DNA from: Octopus bimaculoides
Taxonomy: Eukaryota
Assembly (NCBI RefSeq): GCF_001194135.2
Contig: NC_068998.1
Span: 51,914,668 to 51,964,447 of the forward strand
Length of the DNA stretch: 49,780 nucleotides
Direction of reading: 5' to 3'
The notes beneath the pieces are model-generated. The model was not told where the DNA came from and did not search any database. It saw nothing but the letters and a program-made list of their open reading frames with translations. Positions 1 through 12,210 of this stretch are shown in pieces. Position numbers and translations under genes: made by a program. The stretch's first letter is position 1. Each line of letters starts with the position of its first letter.

Positions 1-225
1 ATTGGTATGTTTATTTTTTTATATATTATTTTCTTCATTTTGTACTTCTTTGTAAAAAACATTTTCATTCTCCCTCTTCTTGAAAATTTGCTAGAAATTT
101 TTATTAAAATATGCTTCCAGTTTAGCATTCTGCCTTATTATTATTCTTCATTTTCCTATTATTTCTCCACGTGCGGTTAACACAACCCTACTATTTACTG
201 ACTTATATATATATATACATATATT

Positions 226-360
226 GGGATTCTTTCAGTTTCTGTCTACCAAATCCACCCACAGGCCTGAGATTATAGTAGAAGACATTTGCCCAGGGTA
301 CCACGCAGACTGAACCCTGAACCACATGGTTGGGAAGTAAGCTTCTTAGCGCACAGCCAG
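226..360 (-). mobile_element. tRNA-head SINE fragment (family A head)
   Basis: Reverse-complement of the recurring ...aagcttacttcccaaccatgtggttcagggttcagtc...gggcaaatgtcttctactat...ggtagacagaaactgaaagaa head seen many times in the window. Confidence 0.75.
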
Positions 361-1341
361 TGTGTGCTAAATTTCAAGTTGATTATCACCAAAGTAAAAT
401 GATGTTACATTCTTGCATTTGGCTGTTTGTGTCTTTATCATTGCGTGCATATATGAGTGTTTGTGTATACACTTATCTCTGCGTGTGTGCGTGTGTTTTG
501 GTCTCCTTGATAAGAGCTGATGGAGACAGTGGAGACAACTGTGATAACTATAATGATTCCTTCAGTTTATTTAGATAAATTATTTTTCATGTTTATTTTC
601 TTGCTTTCTTATATTGTTTAACCCAAACTTTATATATAAATTAGGTGAATGTAAATTTACATTCTAACATTAATGGCAGTGTGCATATGTGTGTGTGTAT
701 TTCAGAGTAAATCGTAGTATTTTCATTGGTTGAAGAAACATTGACGTAAAACCAGTTTTGCTTCCTGGTTGTTTCACACCTGCCCTGCACAAAAGAATGA
801 TTCTGGGGGTATCATATATTTCATTAGTCATATGGCCTATCTATAAGAACCTATATCATATTATTTGCATTACTCTCTTTCTCTCTCTTTCTCTCTTTAC
901 ATCTCCCTCCCTCTCTCTCTCTCTCTTTTTCTCACCCACCTCTCATTATTAGGACTATATATGAAACTGTATCAAACCATTTTTGTACTGCCAGGCATCT
1001 CATTTTCTGGTCACTTGTATTGTCACCCATCATTTACACCTTCCTTTGTCCATCATTTCCCCCTTCTCTTATTTTTGTCCTAATAACACTGTCTCTACCA
1101 TCATACTCTGACTTTTTTTCTTTTATCACCTCTCTCTCTCTCTCTCTCTCTCTTCTTCTTCTCCTCCTCAATCTCATCTGAGAAAACGTAGACGTCTTGA
1201 GGTACCGAATACTCTCTACATTTACAGTGTACAAGGCTTTGTATGAAAGCAGGGGCTACCAATAAAAACTGATTCAGACTGTGACGACCTGTCCAACTCA
1301 TACCAGTACGGAAAGCAGATGATGATGAGGAAGATTAAGAT

Positions 1342-1350
1342 ACACACACA

Positions 1351-1388
<38 letters not shown>
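1342..1388. repeat. (CA)n/(TG)n microsatellite joined head-to-head at CACGTG
   Basis: acacacacacac|gtgtgtgtgtgt..., directly visible. Confidence 0.95.
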
Positions 1389-1389
<1 letters not shown>

Positions 1390-2054
1390 CCATTGCTACG
1401 TTTATGTTAATTATGTTGTTTCTTTTATGCCGAAATATGACTTTACAATTCAATAGAAACCAATAGAGTAAATTCCAGGCTGACAGTCATATTGAAGTTG
1501 ATATGATCAACCAAGGACATTGAAGTAGTGCTCCAGTGTGGCCACAACCCAATGAATGAAACCAGAGTGAAAGAGTAAAAGAGACAAGGGTTGTCTTATG
1601 GAAATAGAGAATATAAGTATGATCACAGTTTGGAATTATGGTGTTGAGGATGTAATGTTGTGAATGTGGATGGGAAAAAATGAGATTCAGGTCAAACTTG
1701 GAGATATAATTTATCCACCTACGTGTCACATTGACTTTAGAAAACTAATTAGCTGATTAGTTTCTGATTAAGTGGAGCAGATAATTAATGACTTATGACT
1801 GTTTAAGAAGAAATATAAGTGAAGACCTGTATGAAAAAAAGGTGAAAAGGTGATGAGCAGTTATCGAAAAATTATCTAAATTGGAATTTACTGTTCACAC
1901 CAATGAGAGAATGAACGAGTCAAATAGTCAACTGAAATAAAATATTGAAGTTAAAAGATATTTTTGGTTAAGGGTTAAATTTTGTAGACAGGTCAACATT
2001 CTAACTAGATATGATAGATAGTAGACATATGTTTCACTATTCCAAGAATGGTTT

Positions 2055-2300
2055 TTTTTTATCCATGATGCAAGCAGCCACTCTAGTATAAGTGGTATGA
2101 TAAAATACATTCAGTACATGGTTGATGGTGAGAAAGGCATCCAATTGTGAAAAAAGAAAATGAAAGAAAAACAGGTCAAAAAACAAGATGTTCTTGTTAG
2201 CAATGTTTTTTTTTTTCTTTTTCTCTCTGTTGTTGTGACAAAGGATGATGACAAGCGTTGATATGCAGATATCAAATGATGATGATGATGATGATGATAT
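2055..2300 (+). mobile_element. Degraded SINE/LINE-tail copy with (ATG)n tail (family C tail)
   Basis: ggttgatggtgagaaaggcatcc motif and gatgatgatgatgat tail shared with other copies. Confidence 0.5.
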
Positions 2301-2792
2301 AAACAATCTGCTGCAACTTGAAAAAAAAAAAAAAACCCAAAATAGTCATGAAAAAAATAGACACAGTCATTAATTATACAGATCAGTTGATAGAATTGGA
2401 GTTATGAGCTAGAAATCTGAGAATCTAGTGTTTCAAATATGCTATTGATGTGTACTGATGACCGAAGACAAACTGGAAAAAATGTTTAGCAAAGTAAAGC
2501 ATTTTGTGATTTTTTTGCTTAAGCCCAAGACCTCCTATACTTATACGAGAAATAAAAGAAGAAAGTTTTGGTGTCCATAAAATTCTCTGTTTATTATGAA
2601 CATGTGTGAAATTGCTTCAACTATCAAATGAAATTGTTTTTGACTTTCTAAGCATGGTTCTTTCTGTGTTTTATTCAAAAGCAGTAATGGGGAACCGTTT
2701 TTTCCCTTATTATCCATAATCTTCTTCCTCCACAATTTCTGCCAACTTGGATCTCCTAACACTTCTTTTTCCATCTCTTATAATCCAAGTGT

Positions 2793-3170
2793 GGAGGTGC
2801 AATGGCCCAGTGGTTAGGGCAGTGGACTCACGGTCATAGGATCACGGTTTCGATTCCCAGACCAGGTATTGTGAGTGTTTATTGAGCGAAAACACCTAAA
2901 GCTTCACAAGGCTCCAGCAGGGGTGGTAGCAAACCCTGCTGTATTCTTTCACCACAACTTTCTCTCACTCTTTCTTCCTGTTTCTGTTGTACCTGTATTT
3001 CAAAGGGCCAGCCCTGTCACACTCTGTGTCACACTGAATCTCCCCGAGAACTATGTTAAGTGTTCACGTGTCTGTGGAGTGCTCAGCCACTTGCACATTA
3101 ATTTCACAAGCAGGCTGTTCTGTTGATCGGATCAACTGGAACCCTCATCGTCGTAATCGATGAAGTGCCA
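2793..3170 (+). mobile_element. tRNA-derived SINE (family F), well preserved
   Basis: Pol III A box TGGCCCAGTGG (2803-2813) and B box GGTTTCGATTCC (2846-2857), followed by about 310 nt of non-tRNA body; no full cloverleaf. Confidence 0.8.
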
Positions 3171-3369
3171 CATGCATTATATGTCTATACCAATGAAATC
3201 ATCTCTCAATAACTATTAACGCTGTACCACAATGCAAATCACTGGACATAAGGACAAGGAACTGCAACTCCCATGTTTATGCTGTGTCAATTGCCCTATG
3301 TCTACCGTGTCTACCATTAGATCTCACACATTAGACAACGAAGGAGGGAATCTATTTGAATCCACTCAC

Positions 3370-3545
3370 TCTGCTAGAAATAGCAGCAAAATCTCTCTCT
3401 CAAATCACATAGCCAATACTTTTTCAAAATAAAGTACAAAATAGATATGTTGTCTACAAAATAAGACAAAGGTAGGATTGTCATTGTTAGACACCTTCAC
3501 GCCTCAGTCAACTGCAGGTTGACCTGGGGTTTAAAAGAAAAGCAA
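3370..3545 (+). mobile_element. Interspersed repeat family G
   Basis: ctgctagaaatagcagcaaaatctc...tcaaatcaca and gacctggggt motifs recur in many copies in the window. Confidence 0.6.
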
Positions 3546-4494
3546 GAATAAACCGGACAATGAAGAGAAATGCAATTTGCTCAGACTGCTAAGTCAGTGT
3601 GCAGTGTGAACTTATCATGGTTACAGTATAGTATAATAACTGAACCTGTGGATCATTTAGTCATTTCACTAAATGCCAAAAGCTTTCTCATATAAAACCA
3701 ACTGGGAATGTACAATAACAACAATGTTAACAGTTTTAAACTATAGACTAATGGTGTTTTCTTTTACATAAGTGTTAAAAACACCACTGTAGTTAAAGGG
3801 TTTTATTCAGTAGAGAAATGACGTTTCACAGTTATTTTTTTTCAGCTTGAATAACCAATTATTTTGCAGGTAAATGTTTTCTCTGTGCATCATAGAAATA
3901 TTGAATTATCCCATCCTGGTTACAGTCTCTGCACAAATGAAAGTTCACTTCAGTTGTTGACTTGGGTTACTCAGGTGATTTAACTGGTGTTTGTTGTAAG
4001 GTCAAAGAGGTTAATGTATTTTTAAATAACTAGAAGTTTGGCAATTCCTGTTCTGGCTAAACAATATGGAATCCATCAAATGTGGGAAATTTGCGTCTCA
4101 GAAATTCAATTTGAAATAAATTGAGAGAATCAAAAATGACCACAAAATGGAAATTAATTTTCTATGAATTTACAAGAATTCACCAATGCGAAATTGGTAA
4201 ATTATGCATTTCTATATTTAGATTGATATATAAACCTGTGAATGAATTCTTTCTGAAGAATTATTAAGTTGATCACCTATGGATGTTTAGAAGTTTTGAA
4301 ACTTGTTACAGGCAAAGAATGTTACAGACATTCACCCTCTGGATTTTCCCTACCCTTTTCATTTCTACGTTTGTTGACCTGCAGCAATTTAAATGGAACA
4401 TTCCAGGGATCAACCTCACAAGTCTCAAAGACCCTACAAAGGTCATATGCAAACCCCTTTCCTCCACTCTAAGCAAGTAATACTAAATTTATAG

Positions 4495-4835
4495 GCATGA
4501 CTGTGTGATAAGAAGTTTGCTTCCCAGTCACAATGTTCTGGGTTCAGTCCCACTGTATGGCACCTTGGGCTGACCAATGACTTCTGAGTGGATTTGATTG
4601 ACAAAAACTGAAAGAAGCCCATTGTGTGTGTGTGTTTATCCCCCAGCCAATGCTTCACAGCCAGTGTTAGTGTATTTACATTCCCATAACTTAACAGTTT
4701 GGCAAGAGACCAATAGAATAAGCACCAGGTTTAAGAAAAAAAAGAAGTATTGGTGTCAATTCGTTTGACTACAATTTCTTCAAGGTGGTGCCCCAGCATG
4801 GCTGCATTTTAATTTCCGAAACAAGGGCGGGATAA
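4495..4835 (+). mobile_element. SINE family A head + D tail
   Basis: aagtttgcttcccag...gggttcagtcccactgtatggcaccttggg...aaactgaaagaagccc...ggtggtgccccagcatggc. The gcaccttgggc motif resembles the CORE-SINE domain start. Confidence 0.8.
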
Positions 4836-5711
4836 AAAAAAAGCCATCTTCTTCATTCCCTGTAAGTGATATTTATAGAATTTAACAAGGAATTTTTCAG
4901 AAATGGAAAGCTTTGTCCTCTGTCTTTTCGAAGTTGTCCACCATACTTTTATTTTTGCCATAAATAATAGATAGATGGAAACTGCCTGATATTTCTGACT
5001 AAAGAAAGACAACAGACTTAGCTTTCAGCCAGAACCCTCCTATATATGATAGCAAATGTTCAACAAAAGTCCCCAGGTTTACAATTTTCACGTATTTAAA
5101 CAAGTGTGTGAGAGAACAGTTTCAGTATATTCTCGTACATCTCAGATACAATTAGCTGGCCAGGACATACCCTAAACTAGCAGTACCTCCTGACAGTCCT
5201 GCCACACTGAAGAATTTAAGAAATTAAATATCTAACTATTTGAGATGAATGGTTGTTATTAAGATTTATTAGCATCACTTTACGATATTATGTAGGCAGT
5301 TTAAGTGTCTGGTAAGTTTCTGAGACCAGTTTAGTTGTATAAAACTTTTACGTATGGAAGTTTTAACTCTTGTAACGACACACATATATACATTAGTTGC
5401 TGCATATATCTCCTGTAATTATGTTTAATTTCATAGGAAAAATAAGCACACATATATTTACGATAACTCTCTTATCTGAAGCAATGCAACAATTATACAT
5501 ATTACTAATGTAATCTAAAATTCAATTAATTTCCAATATCATTTTCAAGAAATTTTGGCAATGATTAATGATGTTTCGTTAATATATCGAAGTGTTTCCA
5601 CTCAATATATTGAACATCTGATGTTATACAGATCCTTCGATCAAATTATATGTGTAAAGATACTTGCTTTCGTCTGATTTTAAACATCAATGCTTTCTTT
5701 ATTTGCTGTAG

Positions 5712-5717
5712 CTTGTC
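5712..5717 (+). CDS. Candidate 6-nt microexon (CTTGTC; Leu-Val if phase 0)
   Basis: tgctttctttatttgctgtAG|cttgtc|GTAAGT; 50-nt AG-free zone upstream, CTGAT branch-like motif at 5674-5678, three TGC motifs. No transcript evidence. Confidence 0.45.
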
Positions 5718-5861
5718 GTAAGTAATATTATGCTTTGAATATTAAGTACTTGAGATTGTTGAAAGACAATAGACTTTTATACTCTGTTGTACAAGGTCTG
5801 TACATGCAGAGTGCAAAATTACAGCTGTGACACAATTGTACTATTTTACGAGTTTCAAGTA

Positions 5862-6073
5862 GTGAGCTGGTAGAATCGTTAGCACATTAGGCAAAATACT
5901 TAGTGGCCCGTCCTTTGTCTGTACATTCTGAGTTCAAATTCTGTTGAGGTTGACTTTGCCTTTCATCTTTATAAGGTCGATAAAATAAGTACCAGTTGAA
6001 CACTGGGGTCGATGTAATTAACCCTACTGCCTCCCCCCAAAATACTGGCATTGTGCCAACATTTCAAAACAAT
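5862..6073 (+). mobile_element. SINE family B
   Basis: gtgagctggtagaatcgttagc...gagttcaaattctgttgaggttgactttgcctttcatc...ggtcgataaaataagtaccagttgaacactggggtcgatgtaat. A second partial copy follows at about 6133-6245. Confidence 0.85.
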
Positions 6074-7214
6074 ATTTTATGGGTTTGCTGTGAGTCTTAA
6101 AATTCCTCACATATATTTTTTTATCGCTGCTGTGTTCGGAGTTCAATTTCCGCCAAGGTCAACTTTGCCTTTCATCCTTTGGGGGTCGATAAATTAAGTA
6201 CCAATGAAACACTGGGGTTGATGTAATCGACTAGTGCTCGCCCCCATGCAGCTTCTTTTTAAGATAATAAAATGTAAGTTTGAGGGAGTTTGGACTGTTG
6301 TTTCAAGCAACTTGACTGACTCTGATAGTGAATGCTATTAACGTTGTTGTTGTTGTTATAGATTTCATCAAACTCAAGATCCATTTTTTTTTCCCCAGTT
6401 TTTTCTGTGCTTATGTACTTTACTTGAATGGAAGCCAATTCTGCATATATCTGCCATATAAAATTTACTTCAGAATTGATTGAAGTGTTATTCTTCTTTG
6501 GCAGTTTAGAAGAGATTTAAAGAATATTCATGAGGTTAGACTCACAGACTGGCTTAACTCTTTTATCACTTCAGACTGGCAGCCAACTTCAGGGGGCTGT
6601 AATCTTGTCAGCACTAGAAACCAAAATATCATCTGAGTTATTTTTAATGTCAAGATAATTGTGATTAGTAGAGATTCAGAACTTTTCTGACAATTTTTTA
6701 TATTTATTTATTTTTCTCAGTGGTTTGATGATTTTTATATTTTGGGCAGCATACTTCAAGGTTTATGGTAGGTACATGTGATGAGATGAGAGAGAAAATT
6801 ATTTTTAAAGTATTGAATAAATCTCTTAGTAATTTGATTCCAAAGCCGTGTTAGTCCTGCACTGAAATAGTTCACTTAAAAGTATTCATGTCTGTCAATT
6901 TTACACCACCACCGATGGACCAGATTCCAGGTGTATTCCCTTCTTTATTCTCTACTGGTTTCAGGCACCTGATGCAGTTATGCTGTGGCACTTCCTTGTA
7001 TAGGGAATCTGTACACCCCCGTGATTGGCTAAGTGAACTCTACCAGTTAGTATAAATGAGCATGCACAGAACAGTCTGAGAAGAGTGTCATATGTGCAGT
7101 CATATATTGTACAGGTCGTAGGAATTATTGAATAAAGATATTGGGGAATCCTTGTTGGATATACACAGTTGGAGAGTAATAAGAGAGCACAGGAACGTTT
7201 AATATTATAACAGT

Positions 7215-7650
7215 TCAGATATAACAGTGACAACATCATATCACTTCCAAAACATGATTTTGGGTTAAGTTCTGCCATGTGGTCCCTTGGGGTACTTTGA
7301 ACAAGTGTCTTTTATTACAGCTTTGGGTTGACAAAACTTTTGGGAGTGGATTCGTTTGGTGGAAACTGAAAAAAGCCCATCGTATATATGCGTGCATGTG
7401 TTTGGTTGTTTCTTTGTTTTGACATTGTGTGATAATTGAAAGCAGGCATCATCATCATCATCCTCATACAAGCAGTGTCATTCATTCCTAATCTTCCATA
7501 AAACCATAGTCTTTGGAACTTCTGCCATTCTTGGAAACAGGTGAAGGTTGGTGACAGGAAGGGCATTGAACTTGGAAAATCTGTTTCAACAAATTCTATT
7601 TGACCCATGCAAGCATGAAGAAACGGACATCAAAATGAGGGTAATGATAT
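7215..7650 (+). mobile_element. SINE family A head + C tail, near full length
   Basis: Head, aaactgaaaaaagccc, then ttggaaacaggtgaaggttggtgacaggaagggcat...gacccatgcaagcatg and an ATG-like tail. Confidence 0.75.
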
Positions 7651-8976
7651 CAACCTCTGTCGTTATTTCAGTTTGATACTTATTGCAATTATCTCTGTTC
7701 ATTGAGCTGCTAAATTACCTTTTTAATATAAAGGGAGAGGCAGCATGACACATCAGTCCACATGCACACAGCATTTGATGGGTTTCTGCGCAGTTCTGTG
7801 TTACAAGTTCCATTCTCAAGGCATTGCCAATACATGATAATTGTAGAAGGCGCTTACAATTCTATGCAGTAGGATTGAACTCAGAACCACAGAGTTGCAA
7901 AGTAACATTCTTAATGACACAGCCTTTACCTGTGCCTTCTCCAAATTTCTTTTGTCTCCTCACAAAAAGCATTATTGGCAGAGATTCACAACATGAAACT
8001 GAGAATCTGCCAAAAATCATGAGAAACAACAATTCCTTGTGTAGCAGCATTGTGAGATGATCTCAACTGTGACCACTTGAAGAGGAAGTTTTATGGCTGC
8101 TATGTCTAGAAGCCTATTCAACCACATAAAAGCTCCCTGTTTCCCTTGGTAATTTATTATAATATAATATAGAAATGGAGTTTATTGCTGAAAGTAATTT
8201 CAGTATTTTCCAGCATTTGGTTTGTTCCTTTCATATCTGTCATCTGACACAATTGAAAGTGCAACCCTGCTGTGGTCGATGTTTATCTCAAAGACAAACC
8301 TGATTTAACACATTTATGATCAATGGCATTCAAACTGCTGCCATCCCAGGTATTTTTTTGTTTTTCTTTCATTAATCCATCTCCATCTACAACATCTGGT
8401 ATGTCCTTTCTTTTATTGTAAAGACTGTGGGGTGTAATATGGCTGCTATTTTTAGCAGTTTGAGCAACCATGTAGACGTTCATTGATTGTTGTTGTAGAA
8501 ACTGCTGCTGTTGCTCAAACTACTGTTCTGAAGTTACAAATGATTGAACAACTCAATATAAGAAAAATAAAAGTTATATATGAGTTTAATTCAAATCAGC
8601 TTCTAAAAGAAACATCAATAAACCAGCATCTATTGGGAAAAGCTATCGATAAGCAATGGTCTATGGAATGATTAAAAGCTATATTGCAGTATAATGATGA
8701 AAATTTCAAAAGCACCGACCATAGCAATATTAACACCATAATAAAGTCTTCTGACTTATGTTATTAATATTATTTTCCTGCTATTGGATTCTTAGACTAG
8801 ATTTAACAACATATAACTTTTACTTCACTGATCTTCACTTTAAATGTTACCTGTCACTAAGCAGTTTCTCACACTTGTTGATTTTTAAGACTCATTTATT
8901 ATAGTTAATTGTATCTCTTGACGCACTTCCTTTTCTTAAACCTAATACTTATATTTACTATGCTCTATCACTTAGC

Positions 8977-9194
8977 TTCACCTTTTTGCATACCAAACCC
9001 ACCCAAGACAGCTACTGGTTACATGATACAAGCTTCCTGTTTTAAAGTGATCTAAATTAAAACCGTCCATCAAAATTCCATGCTAACTCATGTTCCAAGC
9101 ACCAGAGATGTTTTATTAAATTCCTCATAAATTTCAAGCTTAGTTGAAACAAAGGCAGTATATTTTAACGGAAGTATGGTGAGCAAAGGGTTCA
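8977..9194 (-). mobile_element. Short non-autonomous DNA-transposon-like repeat (possibly piggyBac-type MITE)
   Basis: Degraded inverted termini ttcacctttttgc / gcaaagggttca; shares internal motifs in reverse orientation with about 39190-39390. Confidence 0.5.
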
Positions 9195-9496
9195 TACACT
9201 TCTCCATGTATTTCTAGGGAGTTAGGACTTAGCCAAAGGAAGAAGAGTATCACTCATTATCCTCTGCAGAGCCTTTGTGACTAACGATGGTCATAGAGAA
9301 GTGAGGCACAAAGCTATCATCAGATTGACACGGTCTGCCTAGAATGTTTCCAACTGACTGGATTTTGCTAAAGGTATCCAATACAAGTTGGTGGTGTTAA
9401 ACCAAGTAGCAGATTAAGTGGTATCTTCTCATTATATTTCTATTCATCCTCCTCTGTTGAGCTAGCAACTGTCTTTGCTAGCTGATCAGTTTCCTG

Positions 9497-9890
9497 TGTC
9501 ATCATCATCATCCTAACATCCACTTTTCTATGCTTGCATGGGTTGGATGGAATCTATTAATGTAGATTTTCTATGACCGGATGCCTCCTGCTACCAACCC
9601 TCACTTCTTTCCAAGCGAGGTAATATTTTTTTCGTGACCAGACATATTCTCACAGGATATTGGAAATAAATGACATTCATTTATAACAATCACATGATGT
9701 CAAGACAAAGAGACACAAACATACACACACACATGTGCATGTACACACACACACATAGCTTTCAGTTTCCATGTATTAAATCCATTCACAAGGCTTTGGT
9801 CTGTCTGAATCTGTAGTAAAAACACCCCAAGTGCCACATTGTAGGACTCAACCTGAGACCACTTAACCACACAGCCATCCCTGCACCATA
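9497..9890 (-). mobile_element. SINE family A head + C tail
   Basis: catcatcatc...cacttttctatgcttgcatgggttggatgg...ctttcagtttcc...cacaaggctttgg...taaccacacagcc. Confidence 0.8.
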
Positions 9891-10315
9891 CAATATTATA
9901 TTTCATAGACTTGTCACACATAAATCTCTAAAACCATTTCTTATTTCAAAATGATTTAAAATTGTTTGAGATAGTTTTCTTTCTTTCTTCTTTTGCTTCC
10001 TTCCAAGTTAAAACTTTTATCATTTAATCTTTCATTAGAAGTGAAAGATGACTTATTACTATAATTTTTACCTGTCTCTTTGAAATGTTGTTGGTTTATC
10101 AAAGTTACCAATCATTTCTTATTCATTATTTTAGTTTCTTTTATTGTATTCTATTGACTTAACACCAACTTCCACTTTTGCTGCTGCTGCTATCTGCAAG
10201 TTTCTCGACTAAGTCTTTTAAGAGTCTCTGCTTGGTCTCCTTTGTCTTGTTTATTTTGTTTATATCATAGGCAAACTACAACAAATCTGCATCCAATTCA
10301 GAGGAAATGTGATTT

Positions 10316-10530
10316 CATCATCATCATCATTTAACGTCCATTGTCCTTGCTGGCATGGGTTGGACAGTTTCACCAGGGCTGGCAAACTGGGGAGCTGCAC
10401 CAGGTTCCAGTCTGATTGGACATGGTTTCTATGGTTGGATGCCCTTCACCAACCACTTTACAGAGTATGCTGTCACATTGTGATATGGTGCCACATGGTG
10501 TCACAGAGGCACTTTCACGTGGATTTTATG
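10316..10530 (-). mobile_element. SINE/LINE-tail family E/C
   Basis: catcatcatcatttaacgtcc...gctggcatgggttggac...ggatgcccttc. Confidence 0.75.
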
Positions 10531-12174
10531 TGACACAGCAATAATATGCCATGAAAACTAGTTCACTTACCTTACAATTTGCTTTACACACACACACACA
10601 CACACAAATTTCAAAAAATGAGAATGAGTGCATTGGTGGATAAATATTCTTTACTTGAGAGTTAACAAGGCTACCAATGGTTTCATGCAGAAAGAACTCT
10701 CCCAACAATTATCAAGCCTACCACATGGATCATTGGTACTCATCTTCCAGCATTCCCACAAATAAAGTGTATATATTTAGAGTGTACAGTAAATAGAAGT
10801 TTGAAAACAAAAGGTAAAACACTTAGCAGGTATTGTTAGAAAATGTCCTTCTAAAAGCTATTAGTTACTTGTCAGTTATAATCTTTATCAAAGTCGAAGC
10901 ACTGTGAACCAAATGAAAAGCAAAAATGAAAAATGAAAACTTGATAAAATCGGGCTGCAACAGAAACGGACAGAGTCAGTTCATTGCATGTTGCATTTTC
11001 AGGATGAATGAATAAAGGAGCATTTCTCATCGGCATGGAAATGCTTTTGTTTAAATTCCAGCGGGGCCAGTGACAAGAAGAAAACAATTATTGGGTGGAC
11101 ACTGAGCAGAAAGTTATTAAATTATGGTTAAATATTTAAATATTAAACATCTTTTCAGTGGTTTATTTAATTAAAATAAACATCAATCTTTAGATTTCTG
11201 ATTATGTTAAATCAAGTGTAGAAAATAAATAACATCATAGCACAGAAGACGATTGTAGTTGTGATTTATTTCATACAGAATGACTTAGGGATTTACAATT
11301 CAAATTATAATTCTCTTTCTTTTTCTTTAAATATGATTTTTATACAAGATTTGTTGAGATGACAGTTAAATGTCATTCTGGATAAATTTTGAATTATTTT
11401 TGCATTTTATAATTCCACAAGAATCAACTTTGTTCTTTCCTGGTTTATTAAAATACTAGGATTTAATCAGTTGACTATAAACATTAAAAAAAAAAAATTT
11501 TTTTTAAAGTGTGTTCTTGGTCTAATCAAATGAATTAGAGTAAATTATGATGTTTGAGTCAAAGAAAAGAAAAACTTATATTTTGGTGACTTAATTCAGT
11601 GTTTGAATTTTTGATATAACTAGAGATGTGCGTTCTCAGATTTGTATAATACTTATAAAAATAGATCAACCTAACTGTGGTTTTCAACTTTTGTATTAAG
11701 CACATTTCTTGGTTGATTATTCCTTTTAATCAAATGTTTGTGCGTGTGTGTGCATGTGTGCACTCATGTGTGTATCTGTATACTCTCACCACCAACTACA
11801 ACTCCCTCCATCTCTCTTATCTCTCTCTCTCATAGTAATACCTGAATAATGGGAAACGACACAGATATGTTGGTGTCTGATACTTCCCCCCACTCCTCAC
11901 CCTCTCTCTTTTTCCCCAGCAAATCTGTAGCTGCCATTAATGTCTCTCTCTATAACAAAACCTAATTAACAAGGAATTGCATCAGATCTAATACACACTC
12001 CCCTCTTCCACCCTCCACTTCTTCAGATATCCATCATATTCTTGACTAATCATCGCACACTTTCTTTTACCTGCTAATCTTCCTGTCCAATTCTACCAGC
12101 CACTGATGCCTCTCTCCCAAGTCACTCATTGACGTCCAAAACATTATTATCACCATCCATTTTTATGATTATCC

Positions 12175-12210
<36 letters not shown>

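Noticed and set aside
2793-2870. tRNA gene
   Set aside because: A and B boxes are present, but there is no complete cloverleaf and it runs into a SINE body.
4385-4441. 57-nt acceptor-flanked segment, same length as the expected upstream DGK exon
   Set aside because: QFKWNIPGINLTSLKDPTK lacks the CKPxFRE motif and the donor (GTCATA) is poor.
5296-5317. Possible 12/16-nt microexon (FKCL) before GTAAGT
   Set aside because: No polypyrimidine tract upstream; similarity to NFRCK is too slight.
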